From the NCBI GenBank assembly GCA_040377305.1, contig JBEIPA010000007.1, positions 64,001-128,000 on the forward strand: a stretch of 64,000 bases of DNA, in the 5' to 3' direction. Below, piece after piece: positions 29,595-38,563 of this stretch (the first letter of the stretch is position 1; the number at the start of each line of letters is the position of its first letter). The notes below the pieces were generated by a model, which was given only the letters and a program-made list of their open reading frames with translations, was not told the origin of the DNA and did not search any database. Both the position numbers and the translations under genes were made by a program. Source of the stretch: Flavobacteriales bacterium (GTDB lineage: Bacteria; Bacteroidota; Bacteroidia; Palsa-965).

Positions 29595-31088
29595 CTATAT
29601 TTCTTTGCGTAGGCGTGCAACCGGAATTTCCAGCTGTTCACGGTATTTCGCAACCGTACGACGCGCGATGTTGTATCCTTTGTCTTTCAGGATTTTGGCA
29701 AGTGCATCGTCGGTCAGCGGGCGACGTTTATTCTCGGCACCAATGCAATCAGACAGAATTTTCTTCACCTCACGGGTTGAAACTTCTTCACCTGAATCAG
29801 TTGACAGCGATTCCGAGAAGAACGTTTTCAGAAGGAAAGTGCCAAATTGCGTTTGCACATATTTACTGTTTGCAACACGTGAAACAGTAGAAATATCGAG
29901 ACCAATCCGGTCGGCGATATCTTTCAGAATCATTGGGCGCAAATGCGTTTCATCGCCATCCAGGAAATACTCATACTGGTATTCCATAATGCACTGCATC
30001 GTCAGCAACAAAGTCTGCTGGCGTTGTTTCAATGCATCGATGAACCACTTTGCTGAATCAATTTTCTGTCGGATAAATGTTACCGCCTCTTTGCTGCTCT
30101 TGTCTTTACTGCGCGCGTATTCACCCAGCATCTGTCCGTACATTCCGCTTACGCGAAGTTCCGGCATGTTGCGTTCGTTGAGTGCGAGCTCCAGTTTTCC
30201 ATCGGTATTGTAAATGATGAAATCCGGAATTACATCCTGCACGGCACGTTGTGTGTCGCTTGCTGCTCCACCCGGACGCGGATTAAGCGTGATAATTTCT
30301 TTGATAATCTGCTTCAGTGATTCTTCTTCCACACCCAGTCGACGTGCAATTTTGTCGTAGTGTTTCTTGGAGAACTCTTCCATGTGTTCTTTGATGACAC
30401 GCATGGCCAGAATGATTTCAGCAGATTTCGGATTCTTTCTCTGCAACTGAAGCAACAAGCATTCCTGTAAGTCCCGTGCACCAACTCCCGGAGGATCGAA
30501 GGTTTGAATCACTTGTAACACTTCAAGCAATTCTTCTTCGTTGGTTGAGATGTTCAGAGAGAAAGCGATATCGTCGACAATTGCCGCAAGCTCGCGACGC
30601 ATGTAACCATCTTCGTCAATGTTACCAATGAGATATGTTCCAACCTGATAGTGATGATCATCTAGTGGCTGCAAACCTAGTTGCGAAACCAATTGTTCGG
30701 TGAAGCCCGGGCCTTGTGCTAATGGCGCTTCTTTTCGCTCTTCGTCTGGACCGGAATTGTTCGTCTGCTCTTTATAAGAGTAGGCCTCATCCTCGTCCAT
30801 GTAATCGTCGATGTCGAACTTATCTTCTTCAGTTGGTGCTTCTTTTTCTTCGGAGGTCTCGCTATCGCTATCGTTGTCCTCGTCCGCGAGTCCATCTTCA
30901 TCCTCTTCGTTGTTGTCGAGCTCTTCCTCCTCGTTTTCTTCTCCTTCTTCAAGAGCAGGATTAATTTCCATCTCTTCCTTGATTCGTTGCTCAAGAGCAA
31001 CCGTTGGAAGCTGCAGCATTTTCATGAGCTGAATCTGCTGCGGGGATAGCTTCTGAAGTAATTTTTGCTGTAGGCTTTGACGTAACAT
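29595..31088 (-). CDS. rpoN: RNA polymerase sigma-54 factor
   Basis: Q-rich region I, acidic region II, STVSRV helix-turn-helix, ARRTVAKYRE RpoN box. Confidence 0.97.
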   Translation of the reverse strand: MLRQSLQQKLLQKLSPQQIQLMKMLQLPTVALEQRIKEEMEINPALEEGEENEEEELDNNEEDEDGLADEDNDSDSETSEEKEAPTEEDKFDIDDYMDEDEAYSYKEQTNNSGPDEERKEAPLAQGPGFTEQLVSQLGLQPLDDHHYQVGTYLIGNIDEDGYMRRELAAIVDDIAFSLNISTNEEELLEVLQVIQTFDPPGVGARDLQECLLLQLQRKNPKSAEIILAMRVIKEHMEEFSKKHYDKIARRLGVEEESLKQIIKEIITLNPRPGGAASDTQRAVQDVIPDFIIYNTDGKLELALNERNMPELRVSGMYGQMLGEYARSKDKSSKEAVTFIRQKIDSAKWFIDALKQRQQTLLLTMQCIMEYQYEYFLDGDETHLRPMILKDIADRIGLDISTVSRVANSKYVQTQFGTFLLKTFFSESLSTDSGEEVSTREVKKILSDCIGAENKRRPLTDDALAKILKDKGYNIARRTVAKYREQLEIPVARLRKEI

Positions 31089-31170
31089 AGGCAGGTATTA
31101 TTAGCCAAATTACGAAAATCAGGCACAAATGTTCCGTTTGGAACGATTTTTGTAGGATATAATAACAATT

Positions 31171-31209
31171 AAACAAGCCATCCTGCTGAAAAGCATGGAT
31201 GGCTTGTTT
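31171..31209. terminator. Intrinsic terminator-like hairpin
   Basis: AAACAAGCCATCC...GGATGGCTTGTTT, downstream of the 31285 gene. Confidence 0.65.
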
Positions 31210-31284
31210 GTTTTGGGCGATAGATTGACGGAAAAAAGTTTTGAACGGGAGTGAAACTTTGATCCTGATCGTGCAGCTTAGTCG

Positions 31285-31725
31285 TTACTTTTTCGGCACT
31301 ATCCCGAAGACGAACGTCCGTTCAGCCGACTTTAATTTGCCTGTCTTTAAGTCATTGAAATAAACGTTTACCGACATTTCCTTACCGTTGAAACAGTTAA
31401 TTGCAAAGCAGCCATTCTCCATCGGATTAATTTCAAAGAAAATTCTGTTGCGATACAAATAGTAAGAACCACTGTAGGAGGAGCCGTCTGATTTTTCAAA
31501 TGTGACGGAAGTTGAATCGAACGTGACCCATTGATAGGGGCTTCCCGGAACTTCGTATTTCTTCCTGGTGAAAATAATGGTATCGAGCCTAAACTTGTTG
31601 CTCGACAGATTCGCGATGGCAACAGAATCAAGACACGAATCATTATCTACGTGTTGAGCATGCAGGAAGTGACCTGTGAAAAGGACACACACGACAACAA
31701 AGAAGAACCTAACAAATATTTTCAT
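31285..31725 (-). CDS. Hypothetical exported protein (possibly lipocalin-like)
   Basis: Likely start MKIFVRFF (31725) giving a signal peptide; beta-rich mature part. Confidence 0.6.
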   Translation of the reverse strand: MKIFVRFFFVVVCVLFTGHFLHAQHVDNDSCLDSVAIANLSSNKFRLDTIIFTRKKYEVPGSPYQWVTFDSTSVTFEKSDGSSYSGSYYLYRNRIFFEINPMENGCFAINCFNGKEMSVNVYFNDLKTGKLKSAERTFVFGIVPKK

Positions 31726-31787
31726 GATTGTCTTCGAAGTATACTGTGGCATTAACAGACATTGGTTTCAGATTAATTTCACAATAC

Positions 31788-32417
31788 TTACTTACCCGTT
31801 TTGTCGGCAGCCTTGATTCGATCCGGGTGTTGTACGAGGTATTCCGCATTCAGTTCTTTTACGCATTCATCCGTTACATCCAAATGTTGATTTGCATAAA
31901 TAATTGGCATGCCGGTACCATACATTAATACGTAATCGACATTGTGCGTTTCTGCGTATTTCCGGAAGTAGAGTGCCACAATTTCGGAAATGGAATCATT
32001 CTCCGCCATGGCCTGGGATTCAATCACTGCAAGTTGTGCTTCATGTATACGGAGTTTATCGAGTCCATCATTTATAGCTTGTTCTTCCTTCATCGCAGAC
32101 TCTGCGGAAATTGACCCGATCGTAACGCGCTGTTGCAGGACGGCATAACGATTTTGCAAATCAGCGGCTGCATTCTGGTAAGCTTTCATGCTACTATCGA
32201 GGTTGTTCGTGGCGGATACAGCTAGATCCGTATATGCGAGATAGTTGTTGTTGATCGAATCAATATTAATGTAGAGTACATTCAGCGGCGTTGAACCGGC
32301 TTGATTTCCAATGCTGCGTTCACCTTCCCCGTATGCAGGCTGGATCGAGAACATGAGCAGTGCAGCGGATGAAATGATGAGGGAAATACCAATAGCGAAA
32401 TGCAGAAAGTTTTTCAT
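31788..32417 (-). CDS. OmpH/Skp family periplasmic chaperone
   Basis: YINIDSINNNY, coiled-coil core, DYVL..IIYA..LDVTD..KELN. Confidence 0.8.
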   Translation of the reverse strand: MKNFLHFAIGISLIISSAALLMFSIQPAYGEGERSIGNQAGSTPLNVLYINIDSINNNYLAYTDLAVSATNNLDSSMKAYQNAAADLQNRYAVLQQRVTIGSISAESAMKEEQAINDGLDKLRIHEAQLAVIESQAMAENDSISEIVALYFRKYAETHNVDYVLMYGTGMPIIYANQHLDVTDECVKELNAEYLVQHPDRIKAADKTGK

Positions 32418-32450
32418 GTCAGCGGATTTTAACGCAAGAAATATACAAAT

Positions 32451-32484
32451 GAAAAAGCCTTCCGCGGGTGCAGAAGGCTTTTTC
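32451..32484 (-). terminator. Intrinsic terminator of sdhCAB
   Basis: GAAAAAGCCTTC..GAAGGCTTTTTC, 16 bp after the sdhB stop. Confidence 0.8.
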
Positions 32485-32499
32485 CATCAGGTCGTATTT

Positions 32500-33243
32500 C
32501 TACTTCTTCGCACTCGCCATCAAATACTCGCGGTTCAGGCGTGCAATGTTGTCGAGTGAAATTTCTTTCGGGCATTCTGCTTCACAGCTTCCGGTGTTCG
32601 TGCAATTTCCGAATCCCAGTTCATCCATTTCTTTCACCATGTTGAGAACACGATCTGTGCGCTCGGGTTGTCCTTGCGGAAGAAGGGCGTACTGAGAAAC
32701 TTTTGCAGAAACGAAAAGCATTGCAGAAGAATTTTTGCAGGCTGCAACACAAGCGCCGCAACCAATACACGCAGCTGCAGCGAATGAAGCATCAGCATCT
32801 GTTTTCGGAATAGGAAGACAGTTTGCGTCTTGCGCGTTTCCCGTGTTCACAGAAACGAATCCTCCGGCAGACTGAATCTTGTCGAATGCAGTACGATCAA
32901 CAACCAGATCTCTGATCACCGGGAATGCTTTCGCACGCCAAGGTTCTACAGTGATTGTATCGCCATCTTTGAATGCACGCATGTGAAGCTGACAGGTTGT
33001 TGTTCCCTGCCAAGGTCCGTGTGAGCGACCGTTGATGTGCATGGAACACATACCGCAGATTCCTTCGCGGCAATCGTGGTCGAATGCAATCGGTTCTTCG
33101 TTTTTCTCGATGAGACGTTCGTTCAGTACATCGAACATTTCGAGGAAAGACATGTCCGGAGAAATGTCGCTAACTTGATACGTAGAGAATGCTCCTTTGT
33201 CAGATGCATTCTTCTGTCTCCAAACTTTTAATGTCAGATTCAT
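32500..33243 (-). CDS. sdhB: Succinate dehydrogenase/fumarate reductase Fe-S subunit
   Basis: Start [10 protein letters not shown]; [33 protein letters not shown]. Confidence 0.96.
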   Translation of the reverse strand: MNLTLKVWRQKNASDKGAFSTYQVSDISPDMSFLEMFDVLNERLIEKNEEPIAFDHDCREGICGMCSMHINGRSHGPWQGTTTCQLHMRAFKDGDTITVEPWRAKAFPVIRDLVVDRTAFDKIQSAGGFVSVNTGNAQDANCLPIPKTDADASFAAAACIGCGACVAACKNSSAMLFVSAKVSQYALLPQGQPERTDRVLNMVKEMDELGFGNCTNTGSCEAECPKEISLDNIARLNREYLMASAKK

Positions 33244-33284
33244 AGGCAAATTTTTACCGCCAAGACGCCAGAGCGCCAAGACAC

Positions 33285-35264
33285 TTATTTATATGATCGT
33301 GCTGATACTTTGATTCGTTCGTATTTCAATTCTTCTTTATGTAATTCGAAATTCACTCCTGGTTTAAATTCCCAGCACGCAGCGTACATGTAATTTTCAT
33401 CATCACGTTGTGCTTCGCCTTCTTCGGTCTGGAATTCTTCGCGGAAGTGACCGCCACACGATTCGTTACGGTTCAACGCATCGAGACACATCAATTCGCC
33501 GAGCTCCAGGAAATCTGCAACACGTCCTGCTTTTTCAAGTTCAAGATTCATTTCGTGCTGTCCGCCGAGTACTTTCACTTCTTTCCAGAATTCTTCGCGT
33601 AGCTGACGAATTTCTGCCGCAGCAGCTTTCAATCCTTCCGCGTTACGAGCCATTCCGCATTTGTCCCACATGATTTTTCCGAGACGCTTGTGGAAGTGAT
33701 CCACTGATTTCGTTCCCTTAATCGAGAGGAACTTATCGAGTGTTTCCTGAACGCTTTTCTCAGCTTCAACAAAAGCTTCGTGATCGGTAGGCAATGCTTT
33801 GTCTTTGATCTGGCTGTTGAGGTAAGAACCGATTGTGTATGGAATTACAAAATACCCATCAGCTAATCCTTGCATCAATGCCGAAGCACCGAGACGATTC
33901 GCACCGTGATCTGAGAAGTTTGCTTCACCCAACGCGTACAAACCAGGAACAGTTGTCATCAGGTTGTAGTCAACCCAAAGTCCACCCATGGTATAGTGTA
34001 CTGCAGGATAAATGCGCATCGGCATGTCGTACGGATTCTCATCTGTGATCTTCGCATACATATCGAAGAGGTTGCCGTATTTTTCTTTCACCACTTCTTT
34101 TCCAAGAGCGATGATACGTTCATGCGTTGCAGATGTTTCGCCGATTTTATTGGCTTGCTGTTTTCCGTAACGTTCAATTGCAGCAGCGAAGTCGAGGTAC
34201 ACGGCCATCTTCGAAGAACCAACACCGTAACCGGCATCGCAACGTTCTTTTGCAGCACGTGAAGCAACGTCGCGTGGTACGAGGTTACCAAATGCAGGAT
34301 AACGACGCTCGAGATAATAGTCGCGTTCTTCTTCCGGAATATCTTTCGCTTTGCGCGGATCGTCTTTTTGTTTCGGAACCCAGATGCGGCCGTCGTTACG
34401 TAACGACTCCGACATGAGTGTGAGTTTCGATTGGTGATCGCCCGTTACAGGAATACACGTCGGGTGAATCTGCGTGAAGCAAGGATTTCCGAAGTACGCT
34501 CCTTTGCGGTGCGCTTTCCATGCAGCCGTAACGTTTGAACCCATTGCGTTTGTGGAGAGATAGAATACGTTTCCGTATCCGCCGGTACACAACAACACGG
34601 CGTGACCCGAATGACGCTCGAGTTTTCCGGTTACAAGATCGCGGGCAATAATTCCTTTTGCTTGTCCGTTGACCGTAACAACGTCGAGCATTTCGTGACG
34701 TGTGAAAGATTCAACAGTACCAAGTCCAACTTGTCTTTGTAAAGCAGAATACGCACCGAGCAAAAGCTGTTGTCCGGTTTGTCCTGCTGCGTAGAACGTA
34801 CGCTGAACCTGAGTTCCGCCGAATGAACGGTTGCTGAGCATTCCGCCGTATTCACGGGCAAAAGGAACACCTTGTGCTACGCACTGATCGATGATTGCAG
34901 CGCTTACTTCCGCCAAACGATATACGTTGCCTTCGCGTGCGCGGTAGTCACCACCTTTGATTGTATCGTAGAACAAACGGTAAGTTGAGTCACCATCGTT
35001 CTGGTAATTTTTCGCTGCGTTAATTCCACCTTGTGCTGCAATTGAGTGCGCACGACGGGCAGAATCCTGAAAGCAGAATACCTTCACCTTGTAACCCATT
35101 TCGGCAAGAGATGCAGCAGCTGCAGAACCGGCAAGGCCGGAACCAACAACGATGATTTCAAGACTGCGTTTGTTCGCAGGGTTTACAAGTGGCACTGAAG
35201 CTTTATATCCCGACCATTTTGTTTCGATCGGTCCTTCAGGAATTTTTGAGTCTAATGTTGCCAT
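33285..35264 (-). CDS. sdhA: Succinate dehydrogenase/fumarate reductase flavoprotein subunit
   Basis: [36 protein letters not shown]. Confidence 0.97.
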   Translation of the reverse strand: MATLDSKIPEGPIETKWSGYKASVPLVNPANKRSLEIIVVGSGLAGSAAAASLAEMGYKVKVFCFQDSARRAHSIAAQGGINAAKNYQNDGDSTYRLFYDTIKGGDYRAREGNVYRLAEVSAAIIDQCVAQGVPFAREYGGMLSNRSFGGTQVQRTFYAAGQTGQQLLLGAYSALQRQVGLGTVESFTRHEMLDVVTVNGQAKGIIARDLVTGKLERHSGHAVLLCTGGYGNVFYLSTNAMGSNVTAAWKAHRKGAYFGNPCFTQIHPTCIPVTGDHQSKLTLMSESLRNDGRIWVPKQKDDPRKAKDIPEEERDYYLERRYPAFGNLVPRDVASRAAKERCDAGYGVGSSKMAVYLDFAAAIERYGKQQANKIGETSATHERIIALGKEVVKEKYGNLFDMYAKITDENPYDMPMRIYPAVHYTMGGLWVDYNLMTTVPGLYALGEANFSDHGANRLGASALMQGLADGYFVIPYTIGSYLNSQIKDKALPTDHEAFVEAEKSVQETLDKFLSIKGTKSVDHFHKRLGKIMWDKCGMARNAEGLKAAAAEIRQLREEFWKEVKVLGGQHEMNLELEKAGRVADFLELGELMCLDALNRNESCGGHFREEFQTEEGEAQRDDENYMYAACWEFKPGVNFELHKEELKYERIKVSARSYK

Positions 35265-35290
35265 AATGCTGTATTCAAAAATATCGTTGG

Positions 35291-35983
35291 TTACTGTGCC
35301 CAGTTTAGAATGTCGAAGTTCATCATCTTCGCGATGAAGAAAATAATCGGGAAAGAAGCGAATCCAATTCCCATTAGAATTGCGAAACCTGCGCTCGCCT
35401 TTTTGAGAACGGGACCGTATTTCTTGTTGTTAAGTCCGAGCGACTGGAATGCAGAAGCAAATCCGTGACTGATGTGCCAAGCAAGGATGATGATGGAGAT
35501 CAGATACAATCCTGCGTACATCGGATTGCCCAATGCTTCTGCAACATTTTGCGCAAGCGTTTGTTGTCCTTCGTGACCAACTGTGTCGGTAACACGATAG
35601 GGCACAAAGAAGTTCCACAAGTGCACCACAATGAAAAACAGAATCACACTTCCTGTCAATCCCATGTTGCGGGAAATCCACGATGAAGTTGTGCTGGCTC
35701 CGTCGATCGCGTATTTCACCGGACGTGCGTCGCTGTTTTGTTTTGTGAGAACAGTTGCCTGCAATACGTGAATGACGATTGCAGCGAATAGCACGATCTC
35801 GATGATGCGGATGATGAGCATGTGCACCATGGAATGTGATGTTTCGTTGAATTCAACACCGCCATCACCGTAAAACAGGGATACGTTTGTGTAGAGGTGT
35901 TCGACAAGAAATAAACAGAGAAAGAGACCAGTCGCGGCCATTACTGCCTTCTTGCCGAGCGAAGAAGTGAGAAATTTGTTCAT
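35291..35983 (-). CDS. sdhC: Succinate dehydrogenase cytochrome b subunit (b558 type)
   Basis: Start [22 protein letters not shown]; five TM helices with His ligands; [11 protein letters not shown]. Confidence 0.93.
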   Translation of the reverse strand: MNKFLTSSLGKKAVMAATGLFLCLFLVEHLYTNVSLFYGDGGVEFNETSHSMVHMLIIRIIEIVLFAAIVIHVLQATVLTKQNSDARPVKYAIDGASTTSSWISRNMGLTGSVILFFIVVHLWNFFVPYRVTDTVGHEGQQTLAQNVAEALGNPMYAGLYLISIIILAWHISHGFASAFQSLGLNNKKYGPVLKKASAGFAILMGIGFASFPIIFFIAKMMNFDILNWAQ

Positions 35984-36147
35984 AGACTGAACTGAGATTT
36001 TGGTTGTGTGCTGGAATCCGTTTAAGCGTAAAGGAGCAGCGGGACAAATGTACACACCGAGTTGGTTTGTATCAAGGGAAAAAGTGCTGAAAATGGGTTG
36101 TTTGGAGAGATTCTAAAGTAAAAATCAGCCTTTCTTTCTGCAGATTC

Positions 36148-38547
36148 TTATTCTTTTTCGTATTTCTTATCTGGAAAGTTTTCGGTGTCCCAGATATTTT
36201 TTGACTCGTAACACACGTAGAAGTTTTTTTCGTGTTCGTTCACATTTAGCTGGAAGAAGGCATGAAAGAAATTGAGAAACTTCTTATTAATTACCGGATT
36301 AACTGCCATGTAGTTTCCTTTGGCAGAAGAATCAAAGCCGGTTCGGATACCGGGCACCCCGGAGTACACGTGTCTTTTTGAAGCGCGGGCTAAATGAGTC
36401 AGGTACGACGCCCTCAGGATTTTCCCCAGAATATAGACTAAATGGCCCAGCCTTACTTTCATTACCACGGGAGAAGATGATTTTCCTGATATTTTTTCAA
36501 GTACACTTCTTAGACTTCTGTCGGGGTTGGTTAGTTTGATGACGATGTCGTATGCCTCTTCAACCGTGTATCCGGCCACCGCAGTCGGGATCTGACCGTC
36601 ATCAGCAAGCTCAGTTAGTGATTGTCTGGAAGTGATAATGAATGGTAGAGAATTTCGTCGCTGTTGTGGTTTAAGATCGAATGGTCCGTTTACAATAGCC
36701 TTCATTAATTTGAGTACACTATCACTGCTATTATAGAACCAGCAGTAAATCCGTGCAGACTGAGACAGTGCCTTTTGAAATGTAAGAAGAAGACTACCAC
36801 TCATTATTCCATTGGAAAAATCTGTTGCCACTGATGGATCAAATAGTTCTTGATTCCCCTCATCGGCGAGAATACGTTCTGTTATTTTATCCGGATCAAA
36901 TGTGCTACTGAGCAGTGGGTCGATGCCAGGACTCTTCAGTTTTTCTTTGAAGTTTGTCGTGATAGGCCCGCTTTCGTCACAATGACACACGAAGTTCAAT
37001 TCGAATAGTGACCCCGGAAGTTCAGTGCCCAATCTGAGGATATCTGAATATACATCACTCATTCGCATAGCATTGGATCTGCCATTGAACACGAATTGTT
37101 TTTTTCCAAACAGATCTGTCTCCGTGCGGTAGTCACTTTTTCTTATGGGCTCGCACAAGTTGTCGAGTACAGGCAGATTCATTGAGCGGGTATCGAGATA
37201 CGTGACGATTCCGGTTTCAAAGTCGTAAATTCTGAATTGAAAGGTTGGAGAGCCCGCAGTGGAAATATTGGAAAGAAAATTGGCGATTCTTTGTTTACAC
37301 TTATCAAAGAAACTGATTCCATTGAAGGTATAATCTACACCCGACACAAAAAAAATCTGAGTACCCTGTGGTTTAATATCTGGACCAATTAATCGTGGCG
37401 ATGCAGGTAATTGCGGTCTGACAATTCGTTGGATTGTTCGGGGCTGTTCTCGTCGCAACTGCTCGGCTTCCTTAAGTGAAGGCAGAATTGGTTCCCTGAT
37501 ATCCGGTGTGAATACGAGATATCCTCTCCCTTCCTCATCCAGAGGTAAATTGAAATAGTCGCTGTAGAACTTGTTGATCGCACGCAACTCATTGGGAATC
37601 GAAGGCAGATTCCGACCTGCAGGTGGTTCGGATTCTGTGAAAGAATACAGGGAATTACTTATGACATTTACACCAGTAGATTTTGATAAGTAAAAAGCCG
37701 AAGTGCGTTCCAGATAACGGAGGAAAGCATATCGTATCATACTGAACGTGTACAATTGATTCTCCCTGATTGTTTTGGAGAACCACATTTTCTTCGGCAA
37801 CTTTTCCTGTACATAGAAAGAGGTTACACTTGGGCCATAATCAATAAGATCAATAACAGAATTCTCGCGAGGGATGAATCCGAGATCATTTATGTGTTTG
37901 ATCAATATTAAAGCACTTTCTCTGTTTGATTCGTCGAAATGGAAATCAACTTTGTCGGCGTGCCACAACCATATGAAACCGTGCACCGAGAATGCATTTT
38001 TGAAATGCGCGACTTCGTCGGTACTCCTATTGGGACTCACGAAATCGATTTTTGTTATCGGTTCGAGACACTTTTTCGAGCGGATGTTTGTGTTCTTGCC
38101 GTCGATATAGACATAGTCAAAGGCCAGGGTGAAAGCCGCATGATCGGCAGACACAGGACTGTTGAACCAGCTCATTTCAAAAAGTTCTCCCGGATTTTCT
38201 TTTCCAATCCTGATTACATAGTCGTAGACGTCTGTTATCGAAAGTTTGTTCTCTGTTGAACCGATGAATTCTACGAACAGGTCGCTGTTTTCCCGCGAGT
38301 ATCTGTAGTCTGATATGTTTGCTGGAAAATATTTTTTTATCACGACAGGTTTCACTGCTGAACCGCGGCTGCTAAAGTCCATTACTTTAACTTCTCCTGT
38401 CAAAAAATTAAACAACGTAAACCGAAGCGGAGCACCAGCGTGCTTACTCTTCAACTGATCCAAGCGCTCAAGGCATTGGAACTCAAATTTTATTTTGAAT
38501 TCCAACCAATCAACACCGGCCACAAGAATAAACTGCTTGCGTTTCAT
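36148..38547 (-). CDS. Hypothetical 799-aa protein made of two tandem homologous domains
   Basis: Long ORF 16 bp downstream of the 930-aa gene. FILVAGVDW/IFFVSGVDY, ITDVYDYVIRIGKENPGELFEM/MSDVYSDILRLGTELPGSLFEL. Confidence 0.85.
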   Translation of the reverse strand: MKRKQFILVAGVDWLEFKIKFEFQCLERLDQLKSKHAGAPLRFTLFNFLTGEVKVMDFSSRGSAVKPVVIKKYFPANISDYRYSRENSDLFVEFIGSTENKLSITDVYDYVIRIGKENPGELFEMSWFNSPVSADHAAFTLAFDYVYIDGKNTNIRSKKCLEPITKIDFVSPNRSTDEVAHFKNAFSVHGFIWLWHADKVDFHFDESNRESALILIKHINDLGFIPRENSVIDLIDYGPSVTSFYVQEKLPKKMWFSKTIRENQLYTFSMIRYAFLRYLERTSAFYLSKSTGVNVISNSLYSFTESEPPAGRNLPSIPNELRAINKFYSDYFNLPLDEEGRGYLVFTPDIREPILPSLKEAEQLRREQPRTIQRIVRPQLPASPRLIGPDIKPQGTQIFFVSGVDYTFNGISFFDKCKQRIANFLSNISTAGSPTFQFRIYDFETGIVTYLDTRSMNLPVLDNLCEPIRKSDYRTETDLFGKKQFVFNGRSNAMRMSDVYSDILRLGTELPGSLFELNFVCHCDESGPITTNFKEKLKSPGIDPLLSSTFDPDKITERILADEGNQELFDPSVATDFSNGIMSGSLLLTFQKALSQSARIYCWFYNSSDSVLKLMKAIVNGPFDLKPQQRRNSLPFIITSRQSLTELADDGQIPTAVAGYTVEEAYDIVIKLTNPDRSLRSVLEKISGKSSSPVVMKVRLGHLVYILGKILRASYLTHLARASKRHVYSGVPGIRTGFDSSAKGNYMAVNPVINKKFLNFFHAFFQLNVNEHEKNFYVCYESKNIWDTENFPDKKYEKE

Positions 38548-38563
38548 TTAGATCAAAAATTAA

